Shown here: positions 56,500 through 64,000 of the stretch, one piece after another
How positions within the stretch are numbered: the first letter of the stretch is position 1
Layout: the number at the start of each line of letters is the position of its first letter
Virus record (IMG/VR): IMGVR_UViG_3300010885_047022
Coordinates: 1-64,000 of that record
Source: an uncultured virus (IMG/VR IMGVR_UViG_3300010885_047022)
Lineage: Duplodnaviria; Heunggongvirae; Uroviricota; Caudoviricetes
Length of the DNA: 64,000 nt
Direction: 5' to 3' (one strand)
Notes under the pieces: model-generated
Seen by the model: only the letters and a program-made list of their open reading frames with translations
What the model was told of the DNA's origin: nothing
The model's database searches: none
Translations under genes and position numbers: made by a program

Positions 56500-56880
56500 T
56501 TATGCTCCTAAAGTCTGACTAACAGATAAAACTACTGGTTGGTCAATATCCGAAATGATATGAACATCAAAACGAAGAGTATCTCTACCAGTAGGTACAG
56601 CATCTATTTTAATATTCCTACCCTTAAAAATGCCTTCTCTTTGCAATCCTGTTTGAATCAGCCTTTTGCCAAATTCACCGGTTTCTGGAGACTGGGGCAT
56701 ACCATATAGTAAGGATAAATCAATGCCTAGCATTGGATATACGTAAAAATCTCCTGGTTCAGTCATTAATCTGATATAAGCTTGCTGAACGTCGCTTTGC
56801 ATGGAGGAGTTTGTAAGCACTATATCTTTATTGCCACCAATTAAAATATCCCCATTTAATGTAAAATATAAATCACTCAT
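56500..56880 (-). CDS. Baseplate wedge / sheath initiator (gp25-like)
   Basis: RLMTEPGD...YP-LG pattern; directly upstream of baseplate J. Confidence 0.75.
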   Translation of the reverse strand: MSDLYFTLNGDILIGGNKDIVLTNSSMQSDVQQAYIRLMTEPGDFYVYPMLGIDLSLLYGMPQSPETGEFGKRLIQTGLQREGIFKGRNIKIDAVPTGRDTLRFDVHIISDIDQPVVLSVSQTLGA

Positions 56881-57526
56881 TCATTTCCCTTAATGCTTTT
56901 AGGTGAGATTGATCAAAAGTAAGACCTTCTCTAATGTATTTTATCATTAGATCAATATGTTCTTTTGAATAATTCGAAGAATATGCTTCTAATAAGCCAA
57001 TTTGTTCAAAAGTTAAATCAGATAAATTATCTTCTGAGGTATACGTCTGTTGAGGTATTATTTGCTGTTGGTTAAAACCATAGTCACCAGATATAGTAAC
57101 GGTCTTTTGCTTTTCCTGATCTTCTAAATCGTTCATGCGGTCTAAATAATATGAAATTCCATTTTGTGCAGAATGAATGTTCTTATAATTTAATTTTACA
57201 AGTGTAGGCTCTGAATAATCAGATGATGAATAATTAAAATTATAGTTGTTCCACCTAAGCCCATCTTCCTTGCAATGTAACCTAATTTCATCCCCAAATA
57301 ATGAAATGCTTTTAGATCTACCGCTTATAACTATTCCAACTCCGGGAGAAGCAAAAATTTCTATATCACCTTGATCATTTAATCTAATGAAACTAGCTAG
57401 ATCGGGATGAGTTAATCCAACTTCTCTATCGGAAAACTCTCTTCTTTTTTGCATTTCTGCTTCAACTGGAAAATTGGCTTCTTGCCTTTTACCTTTTTTT
57501 AAAGCTTCATTATTTAAAATATCCAT
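56873..57526 (-). CDS. Baseplate-region protein (possible spike C-terminal part)
   Basis: ASFIRLNDQGDIEI beta repeats; context. Confidence 0.5.
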   Translation of the reverse strand: MDILNNEALKKGKRQEANFPVEAEMQKRREFSDREVGLTHPDLASFIRLNDQGDIEIFASPGVGIVISGRSKSISLFGDEIRLHCKEDGLRWNNYNFNYSSSDYSEPTLVKLNYKNIHSAQNGISYYLDRMNDLEDQEKQKTVTISGDYGFNQQQIIPQQTYTSEDNLSDLTFEQIGLLEAYSSNYSKEHIDLMIKYIREGLTFDQSHLKALREMNE

Positions 57527-57894
57527 CAATGCACCATGAATCTGGGTATACCAGTATTGACTATAGAGTTTCTTATATAAAATTTATTGCTAGTAACATC
57601 ATCAAAATAATTAAGTACATATGGACTAGATTCATTGGTATCTCTAAAGCCCACTAAACAACGTGTTCCTACTGTTGGAGAAACGGATTGAACGCCTTTA
57701 ACCATAGGGCACGGCACTGCTTTCAAAACATTACCCATACTATCGGAGTATTGTTCATCTAATATAATATCAGCTGTACTGTTGACCCTATCATAATTTA
57801 CAATGATTCCAGGTCTTGTCCTGGATTTTTGCATAGCCGAATTGTCTATTTGATTTTGTATTTTTTTATCAAATTTTGGATAGTTAACTGGCAT
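57526..57894 (-). CDS. Baseplate spike OB-fold-like protein (gpV/gp138 N-terminal type)
   Basis: GIIVNYD...TADI...L-VP...P-VG-RCLVGF. Confidence 0.65.
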   Translation of the reverse strand: MPVNYPKFDKKIQNQIDNSAMQKSRTRPGIIVNYDRVNSTADIILDEQYSDSMGNVLKAVPCPMVKGVQSVSPTVGTRCLVGFRDTNESSPYVLNYFDDVTSNKFYIRNSIVNTGIPRFMVH

Positions 57895-57915
57895 TGTTTC
57901 TCCTATTTTTAATCT

Positions 57916-60075
57916 TTAAAATATTGTTCCAGACATCCACTCTTGTATATGTGGAGCAGATTTAGATGTGGCACCGTTGTTCGGATTAGCAAAGTATTTT
58001 GTTACCCAAGCTTTTAAGTTATCTTCTGTTTTATTAGTATTTCTAGTATAGACCGCTACGGCATCAGACCATTTAACTCCTGTAATTGGACCATATGCTG
58101 GTCCGCCATCATAGTCTCCCCAAGCAGTTAGCACGTGCTGCATCTCGGGATTAGAACCAAGTTTTTGATCAGCTGGAAGTGGATACACTGGATCTCTTCC
58201 TGTCATTGTTTTGAATGCCATAAAAGCTTGATTAATTGGTATCCACAATCTATCATCAGTTGAATTTCTCGTATTAGTTTTATATTCTGCAGTAGCCTCA
58301 TTGGCCTCAGATACACTTATATCTCTAGCAAAACCTTTCCATTGACTAAATGAACTAAGGTTAAAGTATTGCCATCCTGATGCAGCCAGTTTCCAACCTT
58401 CGATGGGAGTTACAGTTGGCAGGGGGCTGAGGAAAGAATAGTGCCCATATGATAGCAGGTTAAGCTGAAGGAAGCCAAATGAATAGTCTCCAGATCTACG
58501 AATGGTAGGAGTCCAAGAACCAACATTACCTTCTCTTTGTGAAATTGCAGTAAGTACTGCTGCCAATTCTGGATAAGCTATAGTTCCTGTAAGAAGTTGG
58601 AAAATTTCATCAGCGGTTAATTCTCCAGTCCCAGCTGCTTTATAACTTTTTGTAAATTTAGAATCAAGAATATTTCCTGGAATTGTAACTCCTGCTGGAA
58701 CATAAAATAATCCTGAAGCTGGATTTCCCGAAGTTGTGGCGGGTGGCGCTATAGGGCCAGTAGTAAAAGCTCCTCCTGGTCCAGTATAGATTCCAGCTCT
58801 TGCTGCACTAAAACTTATATGGATATGATTTCTGTGCTTTGCATCGGGATGGAATTTTATATATTTTAAATTTGGATACTTTAATTTTACTGCTGCATCG
58901 TCTGCATCGTGGCCTACTCTTACGCCATACTCAGCTGCCAACTCGGGCATGTGCACTATAATATCGGGCATGATATGGATAGGTAGTGTGCTTAGTGCCG
59001 TCATTAGCACATCCATTGCTTTTCTATATATCTCTACATTTCCAGCATTATCCCATGGGGAGTATTTTTCTCCATTTAAGTCACCAGTGAAGTAAATATC
59101 GTAAGCCCTACCAAATCCATGATCTGATAAAGATCCATCTTCTTTTGTTCCGGCCTGCATTTCTTCCCGCCATCTACCGGTTCCAAAACCACCACCAATT
59201 TGTATCTTTGCAGCTAGCGCAATTAGACACTCAATTAGAGCTGGAGATACGTAGGCAAGTTGATTAGGGGCTTTAACTATATCAATGGGAACATCTTTTA
59301 TATTTGTTGCTGGATCTATGTTAGGGAATTCAGATATTCCATCGCCTGCGTAAGATTGTGTAAAGCTATCATTAATGTCAAAATAAAATCCACCAGTTAA
59401 ATTGCTCCAGTCATCGACTACTCCTAAATCTTTTAATACTTTTCCTCTTTCAAGAATCCATACCTTTTCCTCAGCGGAGACCCTGCTAGTTATAGCAACC
59501 ATTCTTGCTCCTGCTGTAGGATTACTAGAGTCTGGATTATAGGGCGTGTCACCGTGATCTGCTGGTGAATCTGAATTTGCTGGAGAATTAGCAAAAGAAT
59601 AGTCTTCCATAATAGAATCTGCCGCACCTTGAACAAAACCAGAACCACCTTGTTTTGCAGCTATGCTGTCAGCTAGAATTCTCGTAAAGGCTGCTCCGCC
59701 TGATATTGTAGTAGGCTTTGATGCATCGCCATCAGTGTATGCTGTACTTTCAGGGTTAACAATTGTCACTTTCGCGGTTGAATTAAATGTTGATTCTGAA
59801 CCCGCGGTAATTAAAGAATTTAAAGAACTTCCAATAGACTTATTATAAAATGTAGTAGCAAATTTTGGCGATCTATATAATATATCTCCAGATATAGCTT
59901 CGGATATAGTCCTGCTAGTAAGAGTTTTTCCAGTTACACCGCTTTTGCCAAAAGAAGTATTTTCAACAACAATTTTTCCATTTGGATATTTTGTACTTTT
60001 TGGATAATAGCTATCAAAAATAGCATTTGTTATTGACTGAGAATTTGATATTTGTTCACTATTTATGTCTACCAT
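57916..60075 (-). CDS. Virion-associated peptidoglycan hydrolase (M15-like peptidase plus lysozyme-like domain)
   Basis: SDHGFGRAYD...HIHIS; AISQRE...DYSFGFLQLN. Confidence 0.75.
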   Translation of the reverse strand: MVDINSEQISNSQSITNAIFDSYYPKSTKYPNGKIVVENTSFGKSGVTGKTLTSRTISEAISGDILYRSPKFATTFYNKSIGSSLNSLITAGSESTFNSTAKVTIVNPESTAYTDGDASKPTTISGGAAFTRILADSIAAKQGGSGFVQGAADSIMEDYSFANSPANSDSPADHGDTPYNPDSSNPTAGARMVAITSRVSAEEKVWILERGKVLKDLGVVDDWSNLTGGFYFDINDSFTQSYAGDGISEFPNIDPATNIKDVPIDIVKAPNQLAYVSPALIECLIALAAKIQIGGGFGTGRWREEMQAGTKEDGSLSDHGFGRAYDIYFTGDLNGEKYSPWDNAGNVEIYRKAMDVLMTALSTLPIHIMPDIIVHMPELAAEYGVRVGHDADDAAVKLKYPNLKYIKFHPDAKHRNHIHISFSAARAGIYTGPGGAFTTGPIAPPATTSGNPASGLFYVPAGVTIPGNILDSKFTKSYKAAGTGELTADEIFQLLTGTIAYPELAAVLTAISQREGNVGSWTPTIRRSGDYSFGFLQLNLLSYGHYSFLSPLPTVTPIEGWKLAASGWQYFNLSSFSQWKGFARDISVSEANEATAEYKTNTRNSTDDRLWIPINQAFMAFKTMTGRDPVYPLPADQKLGSNPEMQHVLTAWGDYDGGPAYGPITGVKWSDAVAVYTRNTNKTEDNLKAWVTKYFANPNNGATSKSAPHIQEWMSGTIF

Positions 60076-60076
60076 A

Positions 60077-63000
60077 TTATCCTGGTGTTCCTACTTCTAT
60101 AGGCATTGCTGCCGATTCACCCGCTGTGATTGTTGATTGAGATTCTTTCTGAAGATCTTTAACATAAACTCTAGCTAAATTATTAACTACTAATTCCCAG
60201 TTTAATGTATATGGGTGACCATTTTCAAAATACTCATCCCAACTGACTTGAGGCCATTCTGAAACTAGATTATAAATTTCCTCTAAAATCTTCATGTAAA
60301 CTAATATATTATATTTATTTATATTTTCTTGAGAAAGACCATATAAGGGATCTTGATCATCAAGATTATCAAAATAATTTTCTTTTATAGTAGATTCTAT
60401 ATTGTTATATATTTCATTAAATTTTATTCTAAATGGCGATTGATCATACATATCATCTTGAACCTTAGATAGAACTGTGTCTAAAGATCCTATGTTATCT
60501 CTGAATAAATTGTTAATATTTACTTTATGCTTACCTATATTTTCTTCAGGAAGATAATAAAATATTGTTCCAATTGTTCTTGAGAATTGATCCTTTACAT
60601 AATTAGCGTCAATATTTTGAGATGCGCCTGCCTCGTAATCCTGTTCTAAGACTGCTGTTGTTCCAGTTCTGGTTGGATTAACTCTTAATACAAATATTTT
60701 ATCCGTCAAAGCTTTAATCGTAAATAATTTAGCTTTACCACCAGGAGTGGAAACATCTAATAGACTTAAATTATCATTTGCATTTATTGGATTAGTTGGA
60801 GTATCTGGATACCCAACTTTACCTTCCATGGTATTAATTTCGGAAGTGTTCATTCCATCAAAACGAACCTTAAAAGTAGCTCCGGATAATACATCTTCAA
60901 CTTCAATTGTGTCACCGTCAACAAAGTGAATTACTTTACAAAGTATTTTGAATTGTGGTTCAAGTCCGGCTTTTTCTGGACCAAGTCCAGCTAATTTCAA
61001 AATTTTACCATGAACTAGTGCATTCTCATAACTAGTATATCTGACTAAATCTGTGATTTGACTTTCATTCCATCCAAGACTCTTGAATAAATCATCACTT
61101 CTGATGTATGCATTTCCTTCAGGTGTTCTGACTTTAGCTCTAACTCCAAGAATGCCTGGAAGTAGTGCTTTAGAATGATATTTTCCTACAACCATTCCTT
61201 GATTATATGAAAGACCGGCATCCATTGGTTGACCATTTCTATTCAAATACTGCACATAGCATCCGTGTTGATCTAGTACCTTATCTCTAACCCAGCTCCA
61301 ACCCTTCCATGCTAATTGGCCAACTAGTGGTCCTCCTATTGCTGCCCCAACAAGACCTGCAGGAGTAACTGCGCCCAATAGTGCACCGGCTGCCAATCCT
61401 CCCGCTAAGATTGCAAAACCCGGAGCTGCGCCCTGTCCTGTTGCTTGTCCCTGTTTTATTAGTTGATCTTTAACATCTGGCATGCTTTGTGCAGTTTGAT
61501 TAGCCATAACATCTTTAACTAACGCACTTGAGCCATGTGTAAATTGGAATCCACCTAATATTTGAGGAGAGAGCGCTTGGCCGAGAGCATCCATTGATAT
61601 ATTGCCGCCAACAGATATTCCAGAATTACCAGACTTAATTCTATCTAAATAGATTCTAGTATCGTTTCTAATCGTTTGAACATTCATCCAAGAATGGATC
61701 CAAGATGTCATGAACCATCTTGCGGGATCATTTACGGTAACTAAGGCATTTGGTGTTATGGAAGTAATGTAACCCAACTCTGCAGTAAAGTGATGTATTA
61801 CCTGTTCTACTTCAAATATGCCATACATTCTTTCATAAACGTCGGCCAAATATATTAGATCGTGCGGTCTAATATCTGAGTTTCCAATGACTATTAATTC
61901 TCCACCATATATGTCTTTGATAGATTCCTTAAGATGAGAGAGTGCAACTCTTCTTGCTGATAATTCATCTGGAACTCCTTGGACGTTTTTTGCTACTCCT
62001 CTAAAAGTTTCCAATGGGTGCATTAGGGGGTGGAGGAATCCTGTAAATCCAGAACCAACCATATTGTCAAAGTATATTCCAGTTTCAACAGTTTTTTCTA
62101 CTTGTCTTTCAGCGGGAGCGCCCTTATCTAGGGCAACCGTTACTGGGTATTTTCCGTCGGAAACTGCAGTTATTACTGTAGCTACATTATTTATATTTTC
62201 TTGAATTTGATTAGATAGAATATGTGAGAAAGAACTTATGTAATGCAATCTTTGGAATGGTTCACGCACTTCCATGACCGGTTCACCATATTCTCTAGTG
62301 AAAGGATTGTCTACAGCCCTAAGAAGTGTTCCTGGTCTGCCTAGCGAATAGTAAATAGAATCATTAAGTGCCTTATTTAAAATGTTAGCTTGTTTTTTAA
62401 AATTACCTGCTTCAGAAAGCGCATATCCCATTTGTTGCATGGACAATTTAAACATTGACAAAAGACCAGTAAGTCCGTCAGATATAGCAGTAAAGATGGG
62501 TCCAATATTCGTATTCCAGAAATCATTGATTCCATCAACAACCTCACCAACAATATTAGTAGCACTATTGCCTTCACCTCTAGTTGAAACTAATAGTTGT
62601 CTAAATTTATCTTGCTTACCTGGCTTAGCATAATCATTATATGGGTCGATAAATGCTCTAAATATTTTATCTACTGGTTTAAAACTCCATTGATCTTTTC
62701 CAGTTTTCTTTCTATCTGGCTTTAGAACTAACCAAGCTCTGGCATATGGATCTTCCCACATTCTCTGACGGAAAATTCCAACCATTAAAAGGAATAATTG
62801 TTTTGGTGTTTTAATTTTTTTAACTAGTTCAGCTGTAAGAGTTGGACTTTCTGAATCGGAAGATAGACTGAACATCAATGTATTGCTAAGTTTTGTGTTT
62901 TTTTCACTTAGGAAATTGTCATGGATTGCCCCTAGAGATTTAACGACAACCGCATTAAAGTAATCTATTAATCCACCTTGATCAATACTTGCATCAATAT

Positions 63001-64000
63001 AATTCTGCCTGGCAAATTCAATCGCTGCCTTATAGCTTTCATCACTAAAGGTGTCGGCGCTTGATGAATTAGTTTCATCGTTTACTGTATTAAGATTGGA
63101 TGTAAAATCTGAACCTAAAAGTACTGCAAATTCATCTACTGCGCCTACTGTGCCACCTATAGAATTATTGAAGTGAGCTATGGGTGTATAGCCTGCATAA
63201 TTAGATCCAGTAAGTATATTCTTATAAAAATCTGGAAATTCATTTTCGTTATCTGGATCTAAACTAAATGTGTCAAAAAATATTTTTTTAACACTCTCAT
63301 ACGTATGATAACCAAACCTAAATTGATCCCAAATATCTTCTGCCATTCTTAATGTTCTTCCATCGCCAGCAATGACTGATACTGACGCATCAAAATTTTC
63401 GTCATAGTATGATCTAGCTTCAACACTAATTAAATCTAAAGGAGAATATACTTCAGCAAATGAAACTCTTCCAGAGCCTGTAGAGTTATCTGGCCCTGTT
63501 GTAGTTAATTCATCATCTAGTATTTGATAAAGATTATCTCTTCCCAGGGAACTGTAATCTGCATCTATTACAGCTTGAAAATATGTTTTTTGATCTCCCT
63601 CATTTATGACATTAAGCGGATTGCCGCCATATTGCAAGCCTTCAACGTTAGAAACTAATGAAGTGTCAATAGGACTAAACCGAGTTAGCGAATTATTAAA
63701 CGCATTAGAAATAGCACTTGTCCCAAAACCAAAATCTACGACAGGCGCGCTGGGGTCGATGAATGCTGACCCTGTTGCATAATTTGTAGAGCCTTCTTTT
63801 GGTTTGAACGATCCAAACCCAATGACTTGCCCCATTTCAGAGTCAATAATTTCACCAGTTTGATTTTTTAAGGAAAAGTTAACTGCTGGAGCAATAGATG
63901 AAGACACTACGCCAACTGGAGTTTCATCTGGCACAAAAGCCATATAGCATTCTTGCATAATTGGATAGGGTCTGAATCCAGAATTTCTCCAGTTATTCAT
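60077..64000 (-). CDS. Baseplate hub-like protein with SNase-like domain (N-terminus probably beyond the window)
   Basis: GELIVIGN-IRPHD...GIFEVEQVIHHF...GYIT hub motif; VDGDT...VRFDGMNTSE...KDQFSR. Confidence 0.7.
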   Translation of the reverse strand: MNNWRNSGFRPYPIMQECYMAFVPDETPVGVVSSSIAPAVNFSLKNQTGEIIDSEMGQVIGFGSFKPKEGSTNYATGSAFIDPSAPVVDFGFGTSAISNAFNNSLTRFSPIDTSLVSNVEGLQYGGNPLNVINEGDQKTYFQAVIDADYSSLGRDNLYQILDDELTTTGPDNSTGSGRVSFAEVYSPLDLISVEARSYYDENFDASVSVIAGDGRTLRMAEDIWDQFRFGYHTYESVKKIFFDTFSLDPDNENEFPDFYKNILTGSNYAGYTPIAHFNNSIGGTVGAVDEFAVLLGSDFTSNLNTVNDETNSSSADTFSDESYKAAIEFARQNYIDASIDQGGLIDYFNAVVVKSLGAIHDNFLSEKNTKLSNTLMFSLSSDSESPTLTAELVKKIKTPKQLFLLMVGIFRQRMWEDPYARAWLVLKPDRKKTGKDQWSFKPVDKIFRAFIDPYNDYAKPGKQDKFRQLLVSTRGEGNSATNIVGEVVDGINDFWNTNIGPIFTAISDGLTGLLSMFKLSMQQMGYALSEAGNFKKQANILNKALNDSIYYSLGRPGTLLRAVDNPFTREYGEPVMEVREPFQRLHYISSFSHILSNQIQENINNVATVITAVSDGKYPVTVALDKGAPAERQVEKTVETGIYFDNMVGSGFTGFLHPLMHPLETFRGVAKNVQGVPDELSARRVALSHLKESIKDIYGGELIVIGNSDIRPHDLIYLADVYERMYGIFEVEQVIHHFTAELGYITSITPNALVTVNDPARWFMTSWIHSWMNVQTIRNDTRIYLDRIKSGNSGISVGGNISMDALGQALSPQILGGFQFTHGSSALVKDVMANQTAQSMPDVKDQLIKQGQATGQGAAPGFAILAGGLAAGALLGAVTPAGLVGAAIGGPLVGQLAWKGWSWVRDKVLDQHGCYVQYLNRNGQPMDAGLSYNQGMVVGKYHSKALLPGILGVRAKVRTPEGNAYIRSDDLFKSLGWNESQITDLVRYTSYENALVHGKILKLAGLGPEKAGLEPQFKILCKVIHFVDGDTIEVEDVLSGATFKVRFDGMNTSEINTMEGKVGYPDTPTNPINANDNLSLLDVSTPGGKAKLFTIKALTDKIFVLRVNPTRTGTTAVLEQDYEAGASQNIDANYVKDQFSRTIGTIFYYLPEENIGKHKVNINNLFRDNIGSLDTVLSKVQDDMYDQSPFRIKFNEIYNNIESTIKENYFDNLDDQDPLYGLSQENINKYNILVYMKILEEIYNLVSEWPQVSWDEYFENGHPYTLNWELVVNNLARVYVKDLQKESQSTITAGESAAMPIEVGTPG

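Noticed and set aside
55330..64000. Bacterial T6SS/eCIS locus or prophage
   Set aside because: It is contiguous with phage replication and lysis genes; no integrase, host genes or T6SS membrane complex in the window

Overview
This window is part of a large, AT-rich tailed dsDNA phage genome with contractile-tail (myovirus-like) baseplate genes. Several features point to an actinobacterial host, though this is inference: an r1t-type holin, an MSMEG_6728-like glycosylase, leaderless genes and Thr/Pro linkers. Nearly every gene is on the minus strand, often translationally coupled. In transcription order (right to left): baseplate and tail genes (64000-34260); a holin pair; nucleotide metabolism and repair (NrdJ, ThyX, dCMP deaminase, pyrimidine-dimer glycosylase) interleaved with glycosyltransferases; a replication module (DnaB-like helicase, AEP primase, DnaE, RecB-like nucleases, sigma factor, RNase H, dNMP kinase); about ten tiny Lys-rich genes; a lysis cassette; tRNA-Ser(GCT); and a glycosyltransferase/methyltransferase island. 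Manual reading added about ten small ORFs missing from the ORF track. The most unusual signals are: (1) a lone plus-strand, leaderless, very acidic 54-aa gene with its own promoter and terminator; (2) a baseplate hub fused to a glycine-zipper segment and a thermonuclease domain; (3) a leaderless uORF overlapping a terminator ahead of the nucleotide/replication genes; (4) the basic micro-protein array under a repeated ATTACTAT motif; (5) a nested duplication and 14 Ala-Thr-Pro motifs in the 2054-aa tail protein. All family calls come from motifs recognised by eye; no searches were run.
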